NCBI RefSeq assembly: GCF_018350175.1
Contig: NC_058368.1
Coordinates: forward strand, 21,826,001 to 21,890,000
DNA length: 64,000 nt
Source of the DNA: Felis catus
Taxonomy: Eukaryota
Direction: 5' to 3'
Below the pieces are notes generated by a model. The model was not told the origin of the DNA. It did no database searches and saw nothing but the letters and a program-made list of their open reading frames with translations. A program made the translations under genes and the position numbers. This document shows positions 36,290-49,500 of the stretch, piece by piece. Position 1 is the stretch's first letter, and every line of letters starts with the position of its first letter.

Positions 36290-38275
36290 CTGTCATCTAC
36301 ACAAGGGAGAGTGTCACATATGAGTCAATTCTGAGATGGAGATTAGCACATGGGAAGTTATTAGGGAGTACTCTACTCAACCCCTGTTGAGCAAAAGAAA
36401 GTAGGATGGGCCATCAATCAGGCAGTGGATGCTGGCTTCCCAGAAAGGGGCCTGACTTTGGGCAAAGCAATTCTCTTTAGCTGAAGCCCTTCCTTAAGAG
36501 GGCTGACAGCTTTGGTCTGGATTGGGCAGGATAGCACCCAAATGGTCCATGTCTTGTGCGGATCTGCTTTCCTTACATGAGTTCTGGAAGTAGCTTCTTC
36601 AGAGCTCTGGCAGGCTTGTTCCCTGGGGGAAACTTGTAAAAGGAGGGTTCGTAAGGGGAACCACACGCTCTGCTGTCGCAGCTGGTATTAGGCTGCAACC
36701 AATACTCACCCTTTCTCTCTTCTGTGGTTCATACTGGATGCTCTTCACTCTTGATTAGCACCTCTGAAGGCCTAGGTGACTCACCTAGTGGAGTGACAGA
36801 TTCTTAAAACTGATGAGTTCCAGTTAACTGTTTATCATGTCCTTCTCAGGCTGCACCTGCTACATCTGTCCATTTGCCATCAAAATTGCACAAGTACTAA
36901 AAGATGTCCTAGTTGATTACCTGGATGCCAAACATATGCCTACCCGATTCCACTGTGTAATAGTAGTTCTACTGCCTCTTGATACTGAGAGTCAATTACC
37001 CCCATGAAGATCTTTTTCTTGCCTGCTGGTCCTTGCCTTGAAGGGCTCAGAGTACTGGGTGGTGGTATAGTTTAAAATTCATTGAAGACTCTTGTTGTGT
37101 TCCCTGGTAGACATGTTTTGCCTTTGGGAACTAAGACCTTTAAAACTGTGGTTATATTTGTGAGGATGAAAAGCACAAATTCCCCAAGTGGGTCACTGGG
37201 ATTGATGGTACACAGGAACACTCCTGCTTCCATACCTTTGACTCCACTCCCAGTTATTCTCCTATGAGGGATACAGCATCAAATAATGGTGATTGATTTA
37301 GAGCATGAATGCACCCTAGAAGGTAGCACTTTATCCTCACAGGGTATCATCTCCAAGCTGGTACTTCAGCCAAGATTTCTGCCATGTGATAGGTCCAATG
37401 GATTCCACGGTCATATGCCCACTGCTACATTTCCTTTGCTATGTAGTGGGTTCCTTGGTCAGATGCAATGATATATGGGATGCCATAATGGTGGATCAAA
37501 TAGAGTATAATCCCTTGGATAGTCACATTGGCTGAGACTCAACAGACAGGTAAGGCAAACCCATAGAATATGTGTCTATTCATGTTAAAATGAATGACTA
37601 CCTCATCCAGGGTGGAAGGAGTCCAATAAGGTCGCCTTTTCACCAAGTGGCTGTTTGCTATCTTCAAGAGATAGTGCAGTATTGAGTCTCAGCAATAGTT
37701 CCTGTTACTGGCAGGTTGATCATTTGGCTACGGGATTAACCTTGGTGGGTGGAAGATCCTACTGGTGGGCCCAGTTACAGCCTTCCTCCTTATTACTATG
37801 TTTTCTCTATTCATGAATCTATTGTGCCAGTACTGGGGTGGCTAATAGAAAAGCTGGCTGGTGCCAACTGGTTAAGTCATTCTACTTGGGTGTTTAATGC
37901 CTCTTCAATGGTAGATGCTCTCAGAACCTGTGGAGGAAAGGGACGGAAGCAAGACTGGGCAGAAAGAGAAAACGGGCTTCAGTAAGTACATCACAACCAG
38001 GCCCCAGCCAACCCTGTGGGAAGTTCGGAAGCTGGGATGATTCTTTAGAATTTTCCCTTGTTGAGGTGAGAGAGTCTGGTCTTCACAACCCCTCATTGAC
38101 CAGTCATTTGTTGCAGGCTGCTCCTAAAAGGGGCATGACCTTGGGTAAGGTAGCATTTTTTAGTTAAGAAAATGACAAAAGAGGTTCGTCAGTGCACAGC
38201 CTTCCCAGAAGCTGGGAGAGTAAGTCCTTCAGTCTTAAAGGAGACATAGACTGGCATAGCATAGACTCCACGAAA
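36290..38275 (-). mobile_element. Internally deleted ERVL-class provirus remnant (LTR16/HERV16-like): LTR ~36290-36560, internal pol-derived ~36580-37900, LTR ~37905-38275)
   Basis: Two related LTR16-like segments share gggcatgaccttgggtaaggtagc / gggcctgactttgggcaaagcaa and flank antisense ERVL internal sequence. Confidence 0.65.
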
Positions 38276-38294
38276 GAGACCATTACCATTACCT

Positions 38295-39340
38295 TTTTTT
38301 TTTTTTAAAGTATGCTCCACTCCCAGCATGCAGCTCAGTGCAAGGCTTGAACTCATGACCCTGAGATCAAGACCTGAGTTGAGACAAAGAGTCAGATGCT
38401 GAACTGACTGGGAGCCATCCAGGCACCCCGAGACTATTATTATTTTTTTCACCAGTATATATTCAAGCTTAATATAGTGTTCAGCACACAGTGGAAATTC
38501 AAAAGATCTTTTTGAATAAATTACTGAAATGTCCTGCTTTCTTAATTTGGAGTAAAAAGGTCACATCTCACCCCACCCTCCAACATTTTACTATGAGAAT
38601 TTCAAAATTTAAAGGAGAGTGCAAAAGGGACATCTGTGTGGCTCAGTTGGTTGAGCATACAACTCTTGATTTTGACTCAGGTCATGATCTCAGGGTTGTG
38701 GGATCAAGCCCTGTGAGGGGCATCGGGCATGCATAGCATGGAACCTGCTTAAGATTCTCTCTCTTTCCCTCTGCCCCTCCCCTGCCATGCTCTCCCCTCT
38801 TTCTCTCTAAAATAAATAAAAATAAAGAAATAAAATAGAGTACAAAAAACATTTCCCAGATATAACATTTTGTCATATTTGCTCTCTTTTTTCATGGATA
38901 AGTACATGTATAGTATTGTTTTTTTTTGTTTGTTTTTGTTTTGTTTTGTTTTTGCTAAACCTCATAACACTCTGTCCTTAAATACTCTGGTATGTATCTC
39001 CTAACAATAAGGACATTCTCAATACTACTATGATCATATCTGAAAAAATAACATAAAAATTTTTTAAATCACTTAGTATCTAATATTGAACCATATTAAA
39101 TTTCTATGATTCTCCACCAAATATCTTCTATAGCTTTAAAAAAATTTTTCAACTATGATTCCACCCAAGGCTCATGCATTACATTTGAATGTCATTTTTC
39201 TTTACTATCTTTTAAACTGGGAACAGTCTCTCTCCCCTTTTCCCCCCAGAGACTTAACTTTTTGAAGAGACCAAGGCTAGGAGTGTTCTTGTCCCCCATT
39301 CTGGATTTGTCTCTTTCCTCATAGTGTCATTTTGTTTGTT
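38295..39340. mobile_element. Can-SINEs (38295-38430 minus; 38627-38830 plus) and antisense L1MC-like 3' fragment (~38850-39340)
   Basis: SINE motifs; L1 text (aacaataaggacattctc). Confidence 0.75.
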
Positions 39341-41985
39341 CCAGGTAACATCACCTTCAATATTCTAAACCAATGAGAATACTCTTACTATCCTCCTCAG
39401 CACCCTGGTGTCATTCCAAGAAGTCACCGAGTTACATTCTAATATCCAGAGGACCAATCCTGCTTCACAGTTAATCGCAGCCAAAATTCTAGCTCCCTAG
39501 AAGGCGAAAGACCTCATAATTCCTACCAGAAGCTGGTGGCTTCCTAAACAAACCATGTTGCTCCTGGTGGTGTTGCCATTGCTAACAATAAAAGGGTATT
39601 TTATGCAGAAGGTGATCTTATGGAGGAGTGACATAGACACTCACGAGAGGTGTTGTGCTTGGAAGGGTCTCATGCTGGTCTAGGGAGCAGAGTGGGTTTA
39701 TCTCTTTATGCCATCTGTTCAGCGTAGCATCTGCCTGAATGCAGGGGAAGAAATCAATCAGCAGAGTACTTTACTACTTTACTTTAGTCAGGACCAAGAT
39801 ACTTGTTTGCTTATTTATGTGTTCTTGGGTTGATGGAAAAAAGGAATTAGAACAAAAATTATTTTCCAATTCTCCATTGCCACTTCTCTCAATCTTCCCT
39901 AGTCCTTGTTTATGCCATGTTTATTTATCCCAGCCACAAGAACAGAAATTATCTCCCAAGTAGGTGGCTCAATAATAATTGAGGTTGTAAAACTCATTGT
40001 GACTGATCATGTTTACCTGTTTGGTTATCTAATTAAACTCAAGGTGGACTCTCTCTTTAGGTAGATTCTATATTTTATTACATTTGTAAAATCCTAAGAC
40101 ACTTATGCAATCCTCAATTCTCAAAAATGATTATATTGTTTTTGCAGCTGTCAGAACAGATAGATGTCTGAGTATTACTATTACATAAACAGGTAAACAA
40201 TCTTATAGAGTGATCTAAATGTTCCCGTTCTATGAGTTGGTGGTTCTCCGTGTTATTTCTCTCCATCTTGACCGGCTCCAGAAAAAGAAAAGGTGGATGC
40301 AATCTGGGTGCTCCCATCTGTTTTTATTCTCTCAGAAGAACTAATATTCAAGTCTTTGAGGAAGTAACTGAAATCTCTTTTAATTTTGCTCATCCAGTAT
40401 CAAGAACGTTCCAGTGGCCTATGAAAAACAAATGTCTGCCTAAGGGACCTTTGGACCTTTTCTTGGCAAAGAAAATCGTGTTAAGAGGTTGGACTCCATC
40501 AGGCGTTAGCTAGCCTAGCTGAAGGAAGTGGTACTGAATTGGCTGACCCATACCTGGCCAAATCGAAACTCACAGAAGAGCACAGTGGAGGAAAAGGGAG
40601 CAAACAAAAGACAGTGTTCTCCTAATTTTCCATTTCCTGAGAGATCACTTTTAAAATGAAATTCCGAAGCCCCCAAGAGTGATTAGAATTGTTCTCCTGT
40701 GGCCCACATTCTTGAAGATACTTTTTACCAGCATAGTCATCTGTTAGCATGAACATGAAGAGGAGTCCTCCCTCCACCCTGGAGGTAGAGCCCAGTTTCT
40801 TCCTTAAAGTAGCACTTGTAAATTGAGGTTTTTGACCCAGTAGAAAAAGTTTAGGGTGCTCTAAAATAATCTTGTTTGGAACAAGTCATTTTGCTGTTTT
40901 TAGATAACAATTATAGAGAGCTTTTGAAACTGGAAAAAAAAAGTTAAAAGATCATCTAGCACTAGTCCACAGGCCAATTTTAGGTGAAGACCCTATGATT
41001 TGTCTGAGGGAAGGTTACTCAATCCAATGAATAACACTAATATACCAACATATGTGTCAGTCTTGCAAGTACCTCACTGTTAACCTAATTAGGTTTCCTT
41101 TGTCCCAGAGGTAAAAAGAGGTCACCAAGTCCAACCATATAGGGTTATTTGGAAATGTTTTTCCAAATAAATAATGCTGTTTCATGCCTCCCTACCTTTG
41201 AAGGTACCGCTCTGTCTTCTGAAAGGTCTTTCCCTTCCTTCCATCTGTTACTTGTTCTCCAAATTCACTTTCCCAGGAAGTTTTTTCCTAACCTTCCTTT
41301 GTGCTCACTTGATACCCTGTATCATAATACTTTTCACCCTGTGCTGGAATAGTGAAACAAACTACATATTCCTTGAGATCAGCAACCATGTCTCATCCAA
41401 CCTTTTATCTTCCAAGATGTTCCAAGTGTGGCATCTGGCACATAGTAAGCAATGAGTGCTCAGGAAATATTTGAGGACTCAACCCAAAACCTCATTTTTT
41501 TTTCCAGAAACCCTTTTCTCAAACACATGTTTTCCAGAAGCCCTTTTGATCAGATTGTAGCCTAAAGAAACTGACTTCTTCCCCCTTTAAACAGAGTAGG
41601 CTCAAAGAATTTTTAGTAAATTCAATGAACTGCTACAACCTTGGTTGAGCCACTTCACTCAGTGCATATTGAAGGCACTGTAGTAAGCCCAGATGTCTCA
41701 TTTCAAAGACTTTACAATCTAGGCAAGAAGATAGCCATAGACAATTTACCTCTTATGGGAAATGTACAGTACATTTCTGGGCAGTCTGAGATTAGTTTAT
41801 CAGAATCTGTAGTTGCCAGGAAATTAGGAAAGAAGTTACATCAGACACTGTCTGAATGAATTTCAATTGCTGGAGCTGTTGAATCAGGGAGGAAGATGAA
41901 GAGAAGGAAGACCAGAGTGGGTGGTGTTTGACCAGGATTTTAAAAGATAAGCTTAGGAGACTGATGTGTACCTTGGGGGTATGGT

Positions 41986-42168
41986 TAAAGATAACCAGAG
42001 CCCCCACGGTACTTAAAGCAGTAAAAGCAGATTTTATTCAGGAACTATTATTGCAATAGGAGAAAAGAGACCTCAGTCTAGAACTAGGCTTACTTGCACT
42101 GTTGCAATAGTCTCTGAATAAAATCTAGTTTTAATGCTTTAAGTACTGTCTGACTCTGGTTTTCTGTA
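41986..42168. repeat. Imperfect ~70-bp inverted repeat made of two oppositely oriented LTR (MER31-like) 3' ends
   Basis: 41986-42059 pairs with 42099-42168, and each arm contains an AATAAA. Confidence 0.8.
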
Positions 42169-42631
42169 AGTGGGGAGAGGGTAGTGATTCAGGGCATTTC
42201 AGATAGAGGCAAAAGAATGAACGAATGCAAAGGCGAGAAAAACAATTTAGGGAAAAAGTTAGTAATCCAAAGAAAGCTGAGTAGTCAAGGAAAACAGGAA
42301 ATCTCCGGAGCCAGAGCCTAGAGTACTGTTGAGTAAGTGCTGGAAGATGTGGAAAAGCAGCCTTCTAGTAGATTAACGGAGTTGTTTGGTGATACTTAGA
42401 AAATGTTTTTCTGTTTATTCAACAGAGCTCAAGTGGGAAAGCTTAAGTTTCAACAAGATTGCTTAGAAAGTTATGCCAAGACGTTTGGACTTTATTCTGT
42501 GGAGCGAACTGGAGTTTTCAAAGAGCCGTGCAATACCTAACCAAGAAGATTGTGGTCTCCATAGATGACAGGCTAGAGCAGTATGAAGCTCTCCCGGCCT
42601 CAGTTTACTCATTTATAATAAGAAAAGGGTT

Positions 42632-42850
42632 GGGGCGCCTGGGTGGCGCAGTCGGTTAAGCGTCCGGCTTCAGCCAGGTCACGATCTTGCGGTTCGTGAG
42701 TTCGAGCCCCGCATCAGGCTGATGGCTCAGAGCCTGGAGCCTGTTTCCGATTCTGTGTCTCCCTCTCTCTCTGCCCCTCCCCCGTTCATGCTCTGTCTTG
42801 CTCTGTCCCAAAAATAAATAAACGTTGAAAAAAATATATTTAAAAAAAGA
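42632..42850 (+). mobile_element. Young feline Can-SINE just upstream of the RCBTB1 CpG island
   Basis: Near-consensus copy with TSD aagaaaagggtt. Confidence 0.95.
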
Positions 42851-43009
42851 AAAGGGTTGTGTCATTTGCTGTCTTAGGTCCTTTCCAATCCTGACAGCCT
42901 GCTTCCGAGGTATCTGTGCCTTCCTTTCATCATCTGGGCGCCGTGCCTCACTTTTCCTTCTGATCGTGGTCCAGCTGCCACCTTCCCTCCCCACCCTCAG
43001 GTCCTGCGC

Positions 43010-43990
43010 AGGTGTCCTTTGACCGGTCGGTCAGGGCGCGGGGGCGGGGAGGTCATCCCTGAAATATAAGGAGTATCTCCTCCGACGACCTTTGTCCCGG
43101 GTAGCACCATCAGGGTAGTGTCTAGAGGAAGTAGGGCTTGCCACGGGGCAGGGAAAGGAGTTTCGCGTCGCTTTTCCGTCCTAGGTCCCTCGGGGTGGCT
43201 GGCCGGCCGCCCCCACGGCCAAGCCCTCGGGCTCCCTGAGACAAAAGCCTGTGAGTCTCGGCAGCCACCAAGCTCCACCACAACTCTCCGCAAAGCTTCG
43301 GGGGCAGGACTAGGTCAGCCAACCGGCTTCCAGCGAAGCCCCGGGCCGCCTGGCCTAGAGCCCCAAAATACTGACTCGCAGCCACCGCGGGGCGGGCGGA
43401 TAAACTCCGAGTCCGCCCAGCGCGCGTGGCGTCGGCGTCACGTGAGGCGGCCCGGCCACGTGACCCGGCGGCCCGGCCCCCGGCGCCCTCTTACCCCACC
43501 CCCCTCACTCCGCTCCACCCCTTCGCCGGCCGTCCGCGCCGCTGCTTTCTGGCGACTCTCCGGGCCGCCGAGCTTCCGAGATCCCCGCGGCGCTCCCCGC
43601 GGCAGGGCCCGGCCGGACGGCGCGAAGCAGCAGCTGGCTGCCCAGGTAGCCGGTGGGGCGCGGGCCCGCGCTCGCGGGGGGCGCTTCCGCCCCTGCCCTT
43701 CTCCTTGCTCCCCCTTCCCCCCGGGCCGGGCTGGTGTGCCCCGTTCTCCCACCTCCTCCCTCCCTCCGGCTGCGGGCCTGGGCTTCCCGGCCCCCGGTCC
43801 GCGGGGCGCTGCGACCCGGCGGGTGGCGGGGCCACCGGCGCGGCACCGTTAGCAGCTCTGCTGGCGTTTTCTCCGAGGAGGAGGGAGAGGGTGCAGAGAG
43901 GCTAGGGAAAGTTTTCCCTGCTCCCTCTCTTTTTTGAGCTGCTAGAACGCGGCTTTGCTCACAGCTGCAGCCTGTTACCGCTCTGGGCGC
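43010..43990 (+). promoter_or_regulatory. RCBTB1: CpG-island promoter and non-coding exon 1 of RCBTB1 (probable donor cccag|gtagcc at 43645/43646)
   Basis: Very high GC and CpG density, GC boxes at 43389-43396 and 43413-43418, and two CACGTG E-boxes. It is the only CpG island upstream of the RCBTB1 coding exons. Confidence 0.85.
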
Positions 43991-44986
43991 TGTTTTGCTG
44001 AGAAGAGACCTCCCCTCCGACTCTCCTCCCCATCCTCTTTCGGCCTTTCCCAGGATCTTAGCATCTTCTCCTTCATCTCCGGGGAGGGTGGTGGTATCAC
44101 AGACCATATTCTCCACCGTTTCCCTTTCCCCCACAACACGGCCTCCACAACGGGGCATTCGTTTAGGGACCTTTATCCAAGAGTGCGGCGAAATGAGTGA
44201 AATATTTCTCTTGTCCTGCGTTGGGTGCACTAACCGCTCTATTTTATGTGAGATGACCATCTAGGCACGCTCTGTTCCGCTCCCGTAAGTGGCTTTTTGT
44301 GTATGTTTGTTCGCATGCGAGACCTTCCGAAGCCCTCTTTGCAGCTGGGAATTGCAGTTTTTGAAGCAATATTGTAATGTTGCTTTAAAAAAAAAAAAAA
44401 ACAGGTTCAGAGTCTTATTTGACTTTGGCCTATTTATTTTTGGGGGAGGAGGATTATAGTTCTTGGAGGCAAAAATTGTGAGTTTCTACTGTTGTGCATT
44501 GTGGGATAGTAACATCAAAACACCAAGGTATATATCATGCAAAAAGAATGGAAAAATGAGCTAACCCTGAGGGAGGTATATAGTGTGTTTTAAACTTTAG
44601 AAATATCTATTTGAAGTCACCACTGGGTGAATTTCTCCGCTTCGAAGTGCTTTCAGGGTTGAGTAGGTAACTGTATATTTTCATTCTATTAATCCGTGGC
44701 ATGGATATCTTTTATTCCATTGTGTGAATACCGTCTATTTATTAAGTACTTCTAGACAGGTCCCATTTCTTCACTCTAGAAGAAGAAGGGTATTAATAAT
44801 TAACGAGATTTCTTCCACAGTGATTTTTATGTGTGTGACCCAAATGATAAAGTTCTGGGAACTTCAGAAAGCAAATGGCTTTAAAAAGCTATCAAGTTTG
44901 CAGCTTAAAAAAAAAAATCTTAAATTTTAAAGAGTGCTTATATGTTGCAGCAAGAGCTTGGTTTCATCTTAATAATCAGCAGCTCA

Positions 44987-45200
44987 GGGGCACCTGGTTG
45001 GCTCAGTCTGTTAGGCTTCCGACTTCAGCTCAGGTCATGATCTCATGATTGGGTTCGAGCCTGGTGTCGGGCTCTGTGCTGACAGCTCAGAGCCTGGAGC
45101 CTGTTTCCGGTTCTGTGTTTTCCTCTCTCTCTGCCCTTCCCCAGCACTCTCTCTATCACTCTCTCTGTCTCTCAAAAATGAATAAATGTTAAAAAAAAAA
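44987..45200 (+). mobile_element. Can-SINE
   Basis: SINE head and tail. Confidence 0.9.
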
Positions 45201-45292
45201 TTTAATCAGCTCAAGCTGGGAAGTCTGAGACCATGTCCTCCTTTATCTGAAAGTCAGAGTGGGGAAGATGAAACTGAAGGGAAGTCAAAGAC

Positions 45293-45325
<33 letters not shown>

Positions 45326-45327
45326 TA
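45293..45327. repeat. (CAT)n trinucleotide microsatellite
   Basis: Seen directly. Confidence 0.95.
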
Positions 45328-46339
45328 TTCTGTTTTTCTATGTACTGCATTAAATAGTAAGTCAAACATGGCAAACAAGGTTTGGGCCCTCATGGGGTCT
45401 AGAGTCCAGGCAGGTCCTTACTACACATTTTAAAAATATTGTGTGGTTTAAAAAAAACAAAACTAAAAATGTTAGATATTGTATACATGTTGAGCAGTGA
45501 ACAGGAGGCGTATGATGAATGTTGTTTGACTTTAACCAGAATAGATGTCACAGAAGAGGTCAGTTAATCAAGTCGGTTATCTAAATCAATTACATGTTTG
45601 ACCCACAACATTTTAAAATTAAAAAAATTTTTTTTTAAATATTTCCAAATATATTAAGTCACAATATAGACTTTTTAGATTTTGAAAGGAAACAAAGAAA
45701 ATTTAGAAACTAAAGCAAAAAGAAGAATGTACATCACCTGTAATTATACCATCTAAAGATAACAGTTAATATTTTTGGGCATATATCCTTTTTACTGTAT
45801 GACTTTATGGGGTTGCTGTGTTCAGATAGTGAGATTTCAGGTTATGAGGGATACTGTGATATCCAAATCTACTTCATACCTGAGTCTAGGAGAGCCAGTA
45901 GCAAAAGTTTCAGTATTAAAGAACTTAGTCAAATCTATTTGATTTTGAGTTTAGATAGATTTTGATAGCAAGAGTTCAAATAGCTAGGGATACCTTTATT
46001 TTTTTTAGTACTAGATTTTACTAAATGAGATCATACTCATGCATACCTAATAAATTGTAAGGCGTGAAAGGACTTCAGGAGATAATGAATTTCATTTGGG
46101 AAAGACTGTACTCCGAGCATTCCTGAAAGATGGTGTCTATCCTCCTCACAACCCCAGAAACGAAGATTCCATGGCTTTCCTGAGACTAGCATTCTATGGG
46201 GGCAAAAGCGTATGTTTGCAGAGATGTTCTTTTCAATACTTATGAAAGTGTTTTAGTTTTGGAGATAGTCTGACCCCCTTCTAGTGCTTCAGTCGTGAAC
46301 TCAAATAGTGTAGTGGAAACATCTAGTAATATTGTTTAC

Positions 46340-46660
46340 AGCTGTGGTGGTGAAGTGTTTCCAGCCATTACTGCCAGCAGTTCCTCCCATCCCTAGGCTT
46401 GACTGCTGCACCTCCCATTAAGAGATGGAGTCTGTGTCTGCTCCATTTGAATCTAGGAGAGACCACCTGCAGTGGCTCAGCTGTGTGAGTGAGGCCTGTG
46501 TCAGCCTTCGTTAAGTTCCCAGTGCCCATGACCTCATGAGCAACCTCAGCCGAGTTACTCAAAACACAGAATTGAGAGAAATAACAAATTGCTCTTGCTT
46601 TAAGCCCCTGAGTTTGGGATGGTATGTTACTCAGCAAAAGATGATTGAAGCAGCAGCATA
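46340..46660 (+). mobile_element. MLT1-type MaLR LTR
   Basis: cctcccattaagagatggagtct... and 3' end ttgctttaagcccctgagtttgggatggtatgttactcagcaa. Confidence 0.7.
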
Positions 46661-46906
46661 GCACCCTTGGTGTAAAACTAGTTCACTTATAAGTCAGTCC
46701 CAGGATGTGATCCCTGAGCGAAAATTGTGGTCAGCATATGGAGTAGCGTGCCTTAGTGATAAATCTCTAAATTATTAAGTCTTTACTTCATGTTTACATA
46801 AGGATATACTTATCAAATTAGCTAGCTTAACCGAATACTGTGGCTATATCTTGTGCTCTACAAGCGAATTGGGTAAGTCAAAAATCACTTTGTGTAATTG
46901 GTTATC

Positions 46907-47107
46907 ATTTTTTTAATGTTTATTTTTTATTTTTGAGAGAGGGCGTGCTAGCGGGGGAGGGCTGGATAGAGAGGGGGGTACAGAGGATCTGAAGCGGGCT
47001 CTGTGCTGACAGCAGTGAGCCCGATGGGGGCTTCAACTCCTGAACCCTGAAATGATGACCTAAGCCGAAGTCAGACACTCAGTCAGCTGAGCCATCCAGG
47101 GCGCCCC
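46907..47107 (-). mobile_element. Can-SINE
   Basis: Reverse SINE. Confidence 0.9.
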
Positions 47108-47939
47108 TGGTTATTATCATTCTTAAGTTAACGTGTTTTAAAGGAATTATCCATTATTGAGATGATGGGTGTGTGGTGTTTTCTTACAGTTTGTCATTTG
47201 ATGAATTTAGTACCATGATTGTAGTTGTAAGTACTTACAGTACACATGTAAGATCTGCAGTGAACTCATGTATGAGAGGTGCTTTGTTCTCAAGGAGGGT
47301 GAATCTTAGGCAAACTGTTGTTTCAAATGTGGATATTACTGGGCTTTCAACAGATAATGTATTGTTCAGGAGCACTTCTCTCATTGTGTTTAAATGAGCA
47401 ACTGCCCATTCCAATTCTGGTTAGATCAGTTTAAGAAAAAAACCTACTTCACTGGAGAAGAAAACTTGGAGGAGATCAGAGGGGTACTTGTACAGACTTC
47501 TAGTTTCCAGCTTCCACTGGGCTCTTATCCCCTTTATTGGTTTCTCTGTCAGTACTCTTCCTGCATTAGACGTTAGACCATTTCCATTTTTTTCCCTCCA
47601 CTCCACGTTCCATTGCTACCTTTCCTCTTACTCTCAACAGAAAGCCTTCTCTCTTTCTTCACGGGGAGAAATAGATGACTTCAGAAGAGAATGACCCAAA
47701 ATGCAAATCAAACCCACCATGAGATATTACCTCACATGCACTAGGATGGCTATAATAAGAAAGACCATAATAAGTGTTGGCAAGGATATGGGGCAGTTGG
47801 AACCCTCATAAGTTGCTGGTAGAAATGAAAAATGCAGAGAGAGGGGGAGAGAAAGGGAAGAGAAAGAAATTGTTTCCAACTTCTGGTGCCTCAACCATGA
47901 AATTCACTTCCATCTGTATCCATCCTTCTTCTCTTTTGT

Positions 47940-49500
47940 TTTCACAGAAGAAGCTCCCCCTTTCGATAGCTTCTCTTGCACCTCTGCTTCAGATTCCACT
48001 TCCTGTTACTTATTTAGTGCTTATGTCCTGCCCTTATCTTTCTCTCTTACTGGGTCCTTCCTGTGAACATTTAAACATTTTAAGTTTCTTGGGGCACCTG
48101 GCTGGCTCCGTTGGGAGAGCATGTGACTCTTGATCTCAGGGTTGTGAGTTTGAGCCCAACATTTGGTATAGAGATTACTTAAAATCTTAAAAACAAATTA
48201 ATAAGTAAACCTTTTTAAGGCTCTAATATGTTTAAAATAAAAAGGTGACCCAAAATGCATCCTTCAATTTCAGCCAATTTTACGTGTACTCCTAGCAAAT
48301 TTTCTTTTCCTTCACAGTCAGACTTCATGAGCAAGTTGTTTATAGTCATTGTTTTCACTTCTTCACCTTTCACATGCTCCTCAGCCTGCTGCAATCTGGT
48401 CTTGTCCACCCACAGCTTCACCGAAATTCATCTCGTGAAGGTCATCAATAATTCTTGCTAAATCCAGTGGGCATTTCTTAGTCCTTGTTTTGGTCTCAAC
48501 AGCATTAGACCCTGGCCTGCCTCCTTTGTGTGATGCTCATGTCCCTAGGCTTCCATGACTCTATTCTCCTGGTTTGCTTCCTACTCTGCCTGTTCCTTCA
48601 CAGTCTCTTCCGCAGGGGTGTTCCTTGTCTCTCTGCTGTTCGACTTTCTTAGAGTTCTGCCCGACATCCTCTTCTCTTCTTACTCCGCACACTTTTCCCT
48701 GGGCGATCTCCTGCCAGATTTCCACATCTTCAATCCAGATCTCTTTCTTGATCTTCAGATTTACAAATCTATCTATTGGACATATCCACTTTGATATCCC
48801 ACAGGTGGCTAAACTTAAAATGTCCAGGGTGGAATTCGTCATCGACCCTGAAATTTGCTGTGTTCTGGGTCCTAGTGAGTGACACTGCCGTTCACTCAGT
48901 TACTTAAGCTGAGCAGCTGGGTATAATCCTTCGCTCTCCTTTTCCCTTATCCAGCTCCTCTTCTTCCATTCAGTCAGTTGCGGAATCCTCTTGAGTTTGT
49001 CTCCTGTCCAGGTTTCTCCATTTCCACTTCCTTGGTACAGGCTTCTTTTCTTTCTTTCCTGGCTTGCTGTAGCCACCTTAGGCTCCCTCTGAGTTTTCTT
49101 CATCAGCATCTGGTCCATACATCCAGCCAAAGTAATCTTTAACGGACGTACATCTGATCATACCACTTCCCTGCTTAAGGCCTTTCAGTGATTGAATGTT
49201 GTTCATAGGATAAAGGCTAAGCTTTTTGGCTACAGCCATGCTAAATTTCTTTCAGTTCTTCCACCTGGCATATACATTCACTGTTCCGGGTGCCTGTCTT
49301 CTCACAGGTAGTTGACACTTCCCAATTCTGGTGTTTCCGTGGCATTCAGAACTACCCATGAGAGCAGTGGCCACTCTGGTGTACATCTGTTTATGTGCCC
49401 AGACCTCTCTGACCCCATGTAAGTTCTGCCAGGGTCAGGGGAGGGTGTCGTGGTGTTGGCTTTGTGTCCTTTTTACTTGGAGGACATTCAGTAAACTTTC
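47940..49500. mobile_element. L2 LINE fragment with a short Can-SINE (48091-48190)
   Basis: L2 text (aaggtcatcaataattcttgctaaatccagtgg; cttaaaatgtcc; catctgatcataccacttccctgctt). Confidence 0.75.

Noticed and set aside
43118..44260. Long ORFs (244, 159 and 251 aa) over the CpG island
   Set aside because: Stop depletion is explained by high GC; the translations are low-complexity R/G/P/A on both strands, and the region is the RCBTB1 promoter/exon 1.
47190..47233. Candidate small non-coding RCBTB1 exon (ttttcttacag|...|gtaagt)
   Set aside because: Splice-like motifs alone are insufficient without transcript evidence.
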